From contig CANQNG010000001.1 in NCBI GenBank assembly GCA_947625155.1, positions 39,148-103,147 on the forward strand: DNA of 64,000 nucleotides, given 5' to 3'. This stretch comes from an uncultured Clostridia bacterium. GTDB lineage: Bacteria; Bacillota; Clostridia; Oscillospirales; Ruminococcaceae. A program made the position numbers and the translations under genes. Positions 8,726-17,338 of this stretch are shown here, in pieces. The first letter of the stretch is position 1. The number at the start of each line of letters is the position of its first letter. The notes beneath the pieces were generated by a model. The model saw nothing but the letters and a program-made list of their open reading frames with translations. It was not told the origin of the DNA and made no database searches.

Positions 8726-9586
8726 ATGGATCTCTGGTTTTCTGAATATCACACGAACGGCGTGAAAATGTCCATTCGTGTGGAAAAGCAGCTTTTTTCC
8801 GAAGAAAGCGACTTTCAGCGCATCGATGTATTTGGATCCGAGGAATTCGGGCGGTTCGTTACGTTAGACGGCTCGGTCATTTTTTCCGAAAAGGATGAAT
8901 TTATCTATGACGAAATGATCGTCCACGTTCCCATGGCAGTGCACCCGGCTGTCCGGAAAGTGCTGGTCATCGGCGGCGGCGACGGCGGTGTTGCCCGGGA
9001 GCTTTCCTATTACGAGGAGATCGAACAGATCGACGTGGTCGAACCGGATGCGCTGTTCGTCCGTGTCTGTCAGGAATTTTTCCCCGACAATGCAAGAGGT
9101 CTCGATGACCCCCGTGTCAAAGTCTACTACCGGGACGGTCTGCGCTTTCTCCGGCGCAAGCAGGATGAATATGACCTCATCATCAATGACAGCACCGATC
9201 CGCTTGGACATACGGCAGGGCTGTTCACCAAGGAATTTTACGGGAGCTGCTACCGGGCGCTGCACGATGACGGTATCATGGTCTACCAGCACGGCAGCCC
9301 GTTCTTTGACGAGGACGAGGATGCCTGCCGTGCTATGCACCGAAAGGCATACCGGAGTTTTCCTATCAGCCGTGTCTATCAGGCACACATCCCGACCTGT
9401 CCGTCCGGTTACTGGCTGTTCGGGTTTGCATCCAAAAAATACCATCCGCTCCATGACCTCGATGCGGAGCGCTGGAAGCGCCGGGGCTTAAAGACTTGGT
9501 ATTACACGACCAATCTCCACACGGGCGCATTCATGCTCCCGAAATATGTGGAGGACTTGCTCGAAGAAGAAGAACACAGGACCTGA
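8726..9586 (+). CDS. speE: Spermidine synthase / polyamine aminopropyltransferase
   Basis: 286 aa. It has MDLWFSEYH...FQRIDVF, the GGGDGGVARE motif and the DSTDP motif characteristic of SpeE. Confidence 0.9.
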   Translation: MDLWFSEYHTNGVKMSIRVEKQLFSEESDFQRIDVFGSEEFGRFVTLDGSVIFSEKDEFIYDEMIVHVPMAVHPAVRKVLVIGGGDGGVARELSYYEEIEQIDVVEPDALFVRVCQEFFPDNARGLDDPRVKVYYRDGLRFLRRKQDEYDLIINDSTDPLGHTAGLFTKEFYGSCYRALHDDGIMVYQHGSPFFDEDEDACRAMHRKAYRSFPISRVYQAHIPTCPSGYWLFGFASKKYHPLHDLDAERWKRRGLKTWYYTTNLHTGAFMLPKYVEDLLEEEEHRT

Positions 9587-9599
9587 AAGGAGCTTTCCC

Positions 9600-10853
9600 A
9601 TGAGAATTTTAGTCATCGGCTGCGGCGGTGTAGCGACTGTTGCTATCCACAAATGCTGCCAGAACATGCTGTTTACCGAGATCTGTATCGCCAGCCGCAC
9701 CGTTTCCAAGTGTGAAGCGCTTGCCGCAAAGCTTGCCCCGACCACACAGGCAAAGCTGACCACAGCGACCGTGGATGCGGACAGTTTAGCGTCCCTCACT
9801 GCCCTCATGCGCAGCTACAAGCCCCATACCGTCCTGAATGTGGCGCTCCCGTATCAGGATCTGACGATCATGGACGCCTGCCTTGCGTGCGGGGCAAATT
9901 ACGTGGACACGGCAAACTACGAAGCCGAAAACACAGACGACCCCGCATGGCGTGCCATCTATGAAAAACGCTGCAAGGAAAAGGGCTTTACTGCCTATTT
10001 TGACTATTCATGGCAGTGGGCATATCAGGAGAAATTCCGGGAAGCCGGGCTGACCGCACTGCTCGGCACGGGCTTTGACCCCGGCGTGACGTCTGTATTT
10101 ACGGCATATGCCCTGAAGCATTATTTCGATGAGATACACACGATCGACATTCTCGACTGCAATGGCGGTGATCACGGATATCCGTTTGCCACGAATTTCA
10201 ATCCGGAGATCAATCTCCGGGAAGTCTCTGCAAACGGTTCGTACTGGGAAAACGGGCACTGGGTCGAGACCAAGCCCATGGAGATCAAGCGGGAATATGA
10301 TTTTGCGGGTGTGGGAAAGAAAGACATGTACCTCCTGCACCATGAGGAGATCGAATCCCTTGCCAAAAATATTCCCGGCGTGAAGCGTATCCGGTTCTTC
10401 ATGACGTTCGGGCAGAGCTATCTCACACATATGCAGTGTCTGCAAAATGTCGGTATGCTCGGTACGACACCCGTTGCCTTTGAGGGGCATGAGATCGTTC
10501 CCATCAAATTCCTGAAAGCCCTGCTCCCCGACCCTGCGACCCTCGGTCCGAGAACTGTCGGCAAGACCAATATCGGCTGCATTTTCACCGGCATTAAGGA
10601 CGGCAAGGAACGGCGCATTTATATCTACAATGTCTGCGACCATCAGGCATGCTATCGGGAGACAGGCGCACAGGCAGTCTCCTACACGACCGGTGTACCT
10701 GCCATGATCGGGACAGCACTGGTCGCAGGCGGTATCTGGAAAGGGGCAGGCGTATTCAATGTGGAAGAATTCGACCCCGATCCCTATATGGATATGCTCG
10801 ACCAGTACGGTCTGCCGTGGGTCGTAGACGAAGATCCGGCTCTGGTGGATTGA
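9600..10853 (+). CDS. Carboxy(nor)spermidine dehydrogenase (saccharopine dehydrogenase family)
   Basis: Trimmed to the ATG at 9600. Rossmann N-terminus MRILVIGCGGVATVAI. The length (about 417 aa) and its position immediately upstream of the carboxynorspermidine decarboxylase gene match CASDH/CANSDH. Confidence 0.85.
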   Translation: MRILVIGCGGVATVAIHKCCQNMLFTEICIASRTVSKCEALAAKLAPTTQAKLTTATVDADSLASLTALMRSYKPHTVLNVALPYQDLTIMDACLACGANYVDTANYEAENTDDPAWRAIYEKRCKEKGFTAYFDYSWQWAYQEKFREAGLTALLGTGFDPGVTSVFTAYALKHYFDEIHTIDILDCNGGDHGYPFATNFNPEINLREVSANGSYWENGHWVETKPMEIKREYDFAGVGKKDMYLLHHEEIESLAKNIPGVKRIRFFMTFGQSYLTHMQCLQNVGMLGTTPVAFEGHEIVPIKFLKALLPDPATLGPRTVGKTNIGCIFTGIKDGKERRIYIYNVCDHQACYRETGAQAVSYTTGVPAMIGTALVAGGIWKGAGVFNVEEFDPDPYMDMLDQYGLPWVVDEDPALVD

Positions 10854-10854
10854 A

Positions 10855-11970
10855 ATGTCGGTGTTCGATACCATTTCCACCCCTGCCTATGTCCTCGATG
10901 AGGCGGCACTGCTGCGTGATCTGCAGATCCTTTCCGGCGTGCAGCAGCGCACGGGTGCGAAGATCCTGCTCGCCCAGAAAGCCTTCTCCCTGTTTGCTGT
11001 GTACCCGCTGATCGCAAAGTACCTTGCCGGAACGGCCGCAAGCGGACTGTATGAGGCAAAGCTTGGCAGGGAACAGTTTCCGGGAGAAGTGCATGTATAC
11101 TCTCCAGCCTATAAGGAGAGCGAATTTCCGGAAATTGCGGAGACCGCCGACCATATCATTTTCAATTCCCTGCGGCAGCTCCAGAAATTCCGCCCCCTCT
11201 GCCAAGGCAAAAGCATTGGCTTGCGCATCGACCCCGAATGCTCCACACAGGAGACTGCCATGTACGACCCCTGCGCCCCCGGTTCAAGGCTGGGGGTGCG
11301 TGCGTGTGACCTGACCGCCTTCCCGGAGGTGGACGGTCTGCATTTTCACACGCTCTGCGAACAGAATGCCGATGCCTTAGCGGAGACCCTTGCTGCCGTG
11401 GAAGCTAGATTCAGTGACTATCTGTATCGGTGCAAGTGGGTGAATTTCGGCGGCGGACATCATATCACCCGTCCTGATTATGACCTGAAACTGCTCGAAC
11501 AGCTGATCATTGACTTTTCGCAGAAATATGATGTGCAGGTCTACCTAGAGCCCGGTGAAGCCGTTGTGCTGTATGCCGGGTATCTTGTGACGGAGGTCAT
11601 GGAGATCGTGCAGAAAGGCATAGACATTGCCATTTTGGATACCTCTGCCGCCTGTCATATGCCGGATGTGCTGGAAATGCCCTACCGTCCGCCCTTGCGG
11701 GGGAGTGGTAAGGCAGGGGAAAAGGCATTCACCTACCGGCTTTCTTCCCGCACCTGTTTAGCAGGGGATGTGATCGGGGACTACAGCTTTGATGAACGGC
11801 TAACAGAAGGAGACAGGCTGGTCTTTGAGGACATGGCGCTCTACACCATGGTGAAGAACAACACGTTCAACGGCATGCCCTTGCCGGACATCGGCATCCT
11901 GCATACGGGCGGCAGCTATGAGCTGGTGAAACGGTTCGGGTATGCGGATTTCAAGGGGAGGCTGTCATGA
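10855..11970 (+). CDS. nspC: Carboxy(nor)spermidine decarboxylase
   Basis: 371 aa. Alanine-racemase-fold decarboxylase pattern (TPAYVLDEAALLRDL..., GLHFHTLCEQ, GGGHHITRPDY, EPGEAVV). It is paired with the dehydrogenase gene upstream. Confidence 0.88.
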   Translation: MSVFDTISTPAYVLDEAALLRDLQILSGVQQRTGAKILLAQKAFSLFAVYPLIAKYLAGTAASGLYEAKLGREQFPGEVHVYSPAYKESEFPEIAETADHIIFNSLRQLQKFRPLCQGKSIGLRIDPECSTQETAMYDPCAPGSRLGVRACDLTAFPEVDGLHFHTLCEQNADALAETLAAVEARFSDYLYRCKWVNFGGGHHITRPDYDLKLLEQLIIDFSQKYDVQVYLEPGEAVVLYAGYLVTEVMEIVQKGIDIAILDTSAACHMPDVLEMPYRPPLRGSGKAGEKAFTYRLSSRTCLAGDVIGDYSFDERLTEGDRLVFEDMALYTMVKNNTFNGMPLPDIGILHTGGSYELVKRFGYADFKGRLS

Positions 11971-13097
11971 AGCGGCTGATAACGACCCCGAAAGACGACG
12001 ACTTCTTCATGCCCGGCGAATTTGAGCCGCATGACGGAACGATCATGATCTTCCCGGAACGTCCGGGTTCTTGGCAGTATGGCGGCGAAAAGGCGCTCCC
12101 GGCATTTTTGCAGATCTTCCAAGCCATCGCAGCGGAGGAAATGCTCTATCTGATCGTCAGCGAACGGACGAAAACAAAGGCAGAAGCACTGCTCTCCGGT
12201 GTCCGGCATATACAGTTTCTGGAGATCCCGCAGGACGATGCATGGGCAAGAGACACCGCCCCGACCTTTGTCCGGAATGCTGCCGGGGAAGTGCGTGGCA
12301 TCAACTGGCGGTTCAATGCGTGGGGCGGCAGCGTGGACGGTTTGTATGCAGACTGGCAGGCAGACAATGCCCTTGCCGGAAAATTCTGCGAAATGACAGG
12401 AATTTCCTGCTACGATGCACAGCATTTCGTACTGGAGGGCGGTTCTATCCATGCAGACGGAGCAGGAACACTGCTCACCACGGAGCGCTGTCTGTGCAGT
12501 GCCGGGCGCAATCCGCATTTGAGCAAAGCACAGATCACGGAAACGCTTTGCGCCTATACGGGGGCAGAGAAAGTTATCTGGCTGCCCCGTGGCATATACA
12601 ATGATGAGACCAACGAACACGTGGACAATGTGTGCGCCTTCCTCAGCCCCGGTGAGGTGGTGCTTGCATGGACGGATGACAAGAACGATCCGCAGTACCC
12701 CCTCTCCGAAGCCTGTCTGGAAACGCTCACCCGTGAGACGGATGCAAGGGGAAGGCAGTTCACCGTCCGGAAATTGCCTGTTCCGGCACATCCTGTCTGC
12801 ATCACCCCGGAAGATCTGGGGGGCTTCGTCTTTGCAGAGGGGGAGGATGTCCGGGAAGTCGGTGAACGGCTGGCGGCATCCTATGTGAATTTTTACTTTA
12901 CAAGACATTCGGTATTGCTGCCGCAGTTCGGCGGCGTAAATGCGGAAAGCGATGCGCTGGCAGTGCAGCTCATGCAGACATGGTGTCCGCAGCGGCAGAT
13001 CATCCCCGTTCCGGCGGCAGCTTTGATCGTCGGCGGCGGCAACATCCACTGCCTGACACAGCAGATACCGGAAAGGAGCAGATCATGCGGAAAATAA
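11967..13097 (+). CDS. aguA: Agmatine deiminase
   Basis: 376 aa. Porphyromonas-type peptidyl-arginine deiminase family motifs: DDAWARDTAPTFV, EGGSIHADGAGTLLTTERCL, and the C-terminal GGGNIHCLTQQ containing the catalytic Cys. Confidence 0.9.
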   Translation: MKRLITTPKDDDFFMPGEFEPHDGTIMIFPERPGSWQYGGEKALPAFLQIFQAIAAEEMLYLIVSERTKTKAEALLSGVRHIQFLEIPQDDAWARDTAPTFVRNAAGEVRGINWRFNAWGGSVDGLYADWQADNALAGKFCEMTGISCYDAQHFVLEGGSIHADGAGTLLTTERCLCSAGRNPHLSKAQITETLCAYTGAEKVIWLPRGIYNDETNEHVDNVCAFLSPGEVVLAWTDDKNDPQYPLSEACLETLTRETDARGRQFTVRKLPVPAHPVCITPEDLGGFVFAEGEDVREVGERLAASYVNFYFTRHSVLLPQFGGVNAESDALAVQLMQTWCPQRQIIPVPAAALIVGGGNIHCLTQQIPERSRSCGK

Positions 13098-13963
13098 CAG
13101 CGGCTGCTGTCCAGATGAACTGCACGGCAGATGTGCGGGAAAATATCGCCCATGCAGAGCATCTTGTCCGTCAGGCAGCAGCACAGGGGGCACAGATCAT
13201 TTTGCTCCCGGAATTGTTTGAACGGCAGTATTTTTGTCAGGAACGGCGGTACGAGTATTATGCCTTTGCCAAGCCCACTGCGGAAAATGAAGCGGTACAG
13301 GCTTTTTCTGCACTGGCAAAAGAGCTGGCATGCGTGATCCCGGTCAGCTTCTATGAACGGGACGGCAATACCTTGTTCAATTCGGTAGCTGTGATCGATG
13401 CGGACGGTACACTGCTGGGCGTATACCGAAAGACCCACATCCCGGATGATCATTACTATCAGGAGAAATTCTATTTCACGCCGGGCAACACAGGCTTCCG
13501 GGTGTGGGATACCCGATACGGGCGCATCGGCATTGGTATCTGCTGGGATCAGTGGTTTCCGGAAACGGCAAGGGCGCTCGTGCTTGGCGGTGCGGAGCTG
13601 CTTCTGTACCCGACTGCCATCGGCTCTGAACCGATCTTAGACTGTGACAGTATGCCCCACTGGCGGCGGACGATGCAGGGGCATGCGGCAGCCAATGTCG
13701 TTCCGGTCATCGCTGCCAACCGCTACGGACTGGAAACAGTCACCCCCTGCCCGGAAAACGGCGGGCAGCAGTCTGCGCTCCGGTTCTATGGGTCGTCTTT
13801 CCTCACCGATGAAACGGGAGAGATCGTGCAGCAGGCAGATCTTGCGGGCGATGCCGTGCTGACCGCAGCGTATGACCTCGACCAGATCGCACAGGCAAGG
13901 CTTGCGTGGGGACTGTTCCGGGACAGGCGACCGGAATGCTACCATATCCTGGCAGAGAAATGA
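13085..13963 (+). CDS. aguB: N-carbamoylputrescine amidase (nitrilase superfamily)
   Basis: Trimmed to the ATG at 13085. Carbon-nitrogen hydrolase motifs: LPELF (Glu), YRKTHIP (Lys) and GICWDQWFPE (Cys). It lies directly after aguA. Confidence 0.88.
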   Translation: MRKITAAAVQMNCTADVRENIAHAEHLVRQAAAQGAQIILLPELFERQYFCQERRYEYYAFAKPTAENEAVQAFSALAKELACVIPVSFYERDGNTLFNSVAVIDADGTLLGVYRKTHIPDDHYYQEKFYFTPGNTGFRVWDTRYGRIGIGICWDQWFPETARALVLGGAELLLYPTAIGSEPILDCDSMPHWRRTMQGHAAANVVPVIAANRYGLETVTPCPENGGQQSALRFYGSSFLTDETGEIVQQADLAGDAVLTAAYDLDQIAQARLAWGLFRDRRPECYHILAEK

Positions 13964-14008
13964 GACAGGCAGATCGATACATTTCCTGTCTCAATTTCTA
14001 AAAAATGA

Positions 14009-14037
14009 TTGACTTCTTACCAAAAAAGTAGTATAAT
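14009..14037 (+). promoter_or_regulatory. Sigma-A type promoter of leuB-ilvE
   Basis: TTGACT (14009-14014), 17-nt spacer, TATAAT (14032-14037). It is preceded by a hairpin GAGACAGG...CCTGTCTC that follows aguB. Confidence 0.7.
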
Positions 14038-14099
14038 AAGAATGTCGGTTGCGGACTGCATGTCCGGAACACTTTCAATAAAGATAGAGGATGAAATAC

Positions 14100-15182
14100 A
14101 TGATCCAGAAAATTGCAGTGATCAAGGGCGACGGTATCGGACCGGAGATCGTTTCCGAGTCCATGAAAGTGCTGAATGCCATTGCGCAGAAATACGGGCA
14201 TACGTTCTTGTTTACCGAAGTGCTGATGGGGGGGTGCTCCATTGATGCCTACGGAGAACCGCTGACGGAGGAGACCATATCCGTCTGCAAGGACAGCCAT
14301 GCCGTGCTGATGGGTTCGATCGGCGGGAATACGACCACTTCCCCGTGGTATCAGCTCCCGGCGCATCTCAGACCGGAGGCAGGTCTGCTCCGTCTGCGCA
14401 AGGAATTGGGGCTGTTTGCCAATCTCCGTCCCTGCGTGCTTTACCCGGAGCTGCGCTCTGCCTGCACACTGCGGGAGGACATCAGCAGCAAGAGCTTTGA
14501 TATGCTCATCATGCGGGAGCTGACAGGCGGCTTGTATTTCGGCGAGCGCAGGACGGAAGCCGTTGACGGTGTGATGACTGCTGTCGATACGCTTACCTAC
14601 AACGAAAACGAGATCCGCCGCATCGGTATCAAGGCATTTGAGGTCGCTATGAAGCGGAACAAGAAAGTTACCAGCGTGGACAAGGCAAATGTGCTGGATT
14701 CTTCCCGTCTCTGGCGCAAGGTCATGAACGAGGTCGCCAAGGACTACCCGGAAGTCACACTGGAGCATGCTCTTGTGGACAGCACGGCAATGCAGATCGT
14801 GCGTGACCCCTCACGGTTTGATGTCATGGTGACGGAGAATATGTTCGGGGACATTCTTTCGGACGAAGCTGCTATGGTAACAGGTTCTCTGGGAATGCTG
14901 CCGAGTGCTTCCCTGAATGAGACGAAATTCGGGCTTTACGAGCCGAGCGGCGGTTCTGCCCCGGACATCGCCGGGAAAAATGTGGCAAACCCGATCGCAG
15001 CCATTCTCTCCGGTGCTATGCTGCTGCGGTACTCCTGCGATCTGCAAACAGAAGCAGATGCTATTGAAGCAGCCGTCAAGCAGGTGCTTGCTGAAGGATA
15101 CCGGACGGCAGACATCATGAGTGAAGGCTGCCGGCAGGTAAGCTGCTCTGAAATGGGTTCCCTGATCGCAGAACGTGTCTGA
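14100..15182 (+). CDS. leuB: 3-isopropylmalate dehydrogenase
   Basis: The ORF begins at 14091. The ATG at 14100 has better spacing from the GAGG RBS. Motifs: [50 protein letters not shown]. Confidence 0.92.
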   Translation: MIQKIAVIKGDGIGPEIVSESMKVLNAIAQKYGHTFLFTEVLMGGCSIDAYGEPLTEETISVCKDSHAVLMGSIGGNTTTSPWYQLPAHLRPEAGLLRLRKELGLFANLRPCVLYPELRSACTLREDISSKSFDMLIMRELTGGLYFGERRTEAVDGVMTAVDTLTYNENEIRRIGIKAFEVAMKRNKKVTSVDKANVLDSSRLWRKVMNEVAKDYPEVTLEHALVDSTAMQIVRDPSRFDVMVTENMFGDILSDEAAMVTGSLGMLPSASLNETKFGLYEPSGGSAPDIAGKNVANPIAAILSGAMLLRYSCDLQTEADAIEAAVKQVLAEGYRTADIMSEGCRQVSCSEMGSLIAERV

Positions 15183-15232
15183 ACGCCAAGCGTTTTCAGT
15201 TCACATAAATTATCAGAAAGAAGGCATTCACA

Positions 15233-16258
15233 ATGGAAAAGAAAAGCATTGACTGGAGTAACCTTGGTTTTGGCTATATCCAGACCGACAAGCGGTACGT
15301 CTCCCATTACAAGGATGGCGCATGGGATGCGGGTATGCTGACAGAAGATGCCAACATTACCATAAACGAATGTGCCTGTGTGCTGCAATATGCCCAGACC
15401 GTCTTTGAGGGGCTGAAAGCATACACCACCCAAGACGGCAGGATCGTGACGTTCCGCCCTGACCTGAACGCACAGCGGCTGGCATCCTCTGCACAGCGGC
15501 TGGAAATGCCTGTATTTCCGCAGGAACGCTTCATCGATGCAGTAGAGCAGACGGTAAAGGCAAATGCTGCCTATGTGCCGCCTTATGGCAGCGGTGCAAC
15601 GCTGTACATCCGTCCGTATATGTTCGGCAGCAACGCCGTCATCGGTGTCAAGCCGGCAGATGAGTACCAATTCCGTGTGTTCACCACCCCGGTAGGACCG
15701 TATTTCAAGGGCGGCGCAAAGCCGATCACCTTGCGTGTCAGCGACCTTGACCGTGCCGCACCTCATGGAACGGGCAATATCAAGGCAGGTCTGAACTACG
15801 CCATGAGCCTGCACACACTGATGGATGCCCACAGACAGGGCTATGACGAGAATATGTTCCTTGACCCGGCAACGCATACCAAAGTTGAGGAGACCGGCGG
15901 TGCGAATTTCCTGTTCATCACCAAGGACGGCAAGGTCGTTACCCCGAAGTCTGACAGCATTCTCCCGTCCATTACCAGACGTTCGCTGGTGCATGTTGCC
16001 AAGGCATATTTAGGGCTGGAGGTCGAGGAAAGATCGGTGCTGTTCTCCGAGGTCAAGGACTTTGCAGAATGCGGTCTGTGCGGAACAGCAGCCGTCATTT
16101 CTCCGGTCGGCAGGATCGTGGATCATGATGAAGTCATCACGTTCCCGTCCGGCATGGAGCAGATGGGTCCCACCATCCAGAAGCTCTACGATACGCTGAC
16201 TGGTATCCAAATGGGCATGATCGAAGCACCGGAAGGCTGGATCCACGAGATCCAGTGA
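15233..16258 (+). CDS. ilvE: Branched-chain amino acid aminotransferase
   Basis: 341 aa. Fold-type IV PLP enzyme pattern (VFEGLKAYT, ATLYIRPYMFG, GNIKAGLNYA, EETGGANFLF, GTAAVISPV). Confidence 0.9.
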   Translation: MEKKSIDWSNLGFGYIQTDKRYVSHYKDGAWDAGMLTEDANITINECACVLQYAQTVFEGLKAYTTQDGRIVTFRPDLNAQRLASSAQRLEMPVFPQERFIDAVEQTVKANAAYVPPYGSGATLYIRPYMFGSNAVIGVKPADEYQFRVFTTPVGPYFKGGAKPITLRVSDLDRAAPHGTGNIKAGLNYAMSLHTLMDAHRQGYDENMFLDPATHTKVEETGGANFLFITKDGKVVTPKSDSILPSITRRSLVHVAKAYLGLEVEERSVLFSEVKDFAECGLCGTAAVISPVGRIVDHDEVITFPSGMEQMGPTIQKLYDTLTGIQMGMIEAPEGWIHEIQ

Positions 16259-16281
16259 CGGTCGGCAAGAGGCATTCCAAA

Positions 16282-16314
16282 GGCTGCATCCCGGAAAAGG
16301 ATACAGCCTTTTTT
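16282..16314 (+). terminator. Intrinsic terminator after ilvE
   Basis: 10-bp stem GGCTGCATCC / GGATACAGCC with one mismatch, 7-nt loop, then TTTTTT. Confidence 0.75.
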
Positions 16315-16333
16315 CATTCAGAAAGGAGAATCC

Positions 16334-17218
16334 ATGACACAACAGAGCCATCCGCTAAAGACTTCTGTACTCCATTACCTGATGCTGATCGCCGGGAGCT
16401 GCATTGCTGCTTTTGCGCTGGAAAAAATACTGATCCCTGTGCAGATCATGGACGGCGGCATGGTCGGTATCGCCATGATCGCCAGTACGCTGACCCCGCT
16501 GCCGCTTGGTATCCTGACGATCTGCCTGAATTTGCCCATGGCCTGGATCGGCGGGCGGAAGCTGGAACGATCATTCTTTATCCGGACAATTGCGGCAATG
16601 GCAATCTTTTCGGTCGCACTGGAAGTGTTCGCAAGCCCGGCATTCCACAAGATCACCATAACGGAAGATAAACTGTTAGCGACCGTGTTCGGCGGCGTGT
16701 TGCTGGGGCTGGGGGTCGGACTGGTACTCCTGAACGGCGGCTGTCTGGACGGCACGGAAGCAGTCGCCATCCTCATCAGCAAGAAAATGAATGTCTCCGT
16801 CGGGCAGTCCGTGCTGTTTTTTAACGTGCTGATCTATCTGACAGCAGGTGCTTTGTTTGGGTTGGACAGGGCATTGTACAGTATGCTGACCTACATCATT
16901 GTGTCCAAAGTGGAAGATTTTGTCAACACTGGGATGCAGCAGGGCAAGGCAGTCATGATCATCACCGATCAGGGTGAACGCATTGCGGAGGATATTTACC
17001 AGACACTTGGCAGGACAGTCACACGCATCAAGGGCAGCGGTCTGATCTCCGGGGAAAAGAGCGTGCTGTACTGTGTCATTACCCGGATCGAGCTTTCTTC
17101 CATGCGCAAGATCATAGAGAAGGATGATTATTCGGCATTCATGACAGTCTCTGATGTGACAGAGATCATCGGGAAGCACATCAAGAGCAAGGATGCACAG
17201 CTTCAGGAAAAGGAATAG
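16334..17218 (+). CDS. YitT family membrane protein (DUF161/DUF2179)
   Basis: 294 aa. Multi-pass N-terminal part with the MDGGMVGIAMI motif and a soluble C-terminal DUF2179-like domain (AVMIITDQGERIAEDIYQTLGRTVTRIKGSG...). Confidence 0.75.
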   Translation: MTQQSHPLKTSVLHYLMLIAGSCIAAFALEKILIPVQIMDGGMVGIAMIASTLTPLPLGILTICLNLPMAWIGGRKLERSFFIRTIAAMAIFSVALEVFASPAFHKITITEDKLLATVFGGVLLGLGVGLVLLNGGCLDGTEAVAILISKKMNVSVGQSVLFFNVLIYLTAGALFGLDRALYSMLTYIIVSKVEDFVNTGMQQGKAVMIITDQGERIAEDIYQTLGRTVTRIKGSGLISGEKSVLYCVITRIELSSMRKIIEKDDYSAFMTVSDVTEIIGKHIKSKDAQLQEKE

Positions 17219-17221
17219 AGA

Positions 17222-17247
17222 GAACGCCTCTCCGGGGGCGTTTTTTT
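17222..17247 (+). terminator. Intrinsic terminator after the yitT-like gene
   Basis: Stem AACGCC / GGCGTT followed by TTTTTTT. Confidence 0.7.
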
Positions 17248-17338
17248 GATCGGCAAACCTCACATCTGCGGCGGTATCCCGCATATTCCGGAATAGGTGG
17301 ACATACAATAGATCAGAACGGAAATGGGAGGGAACGCT

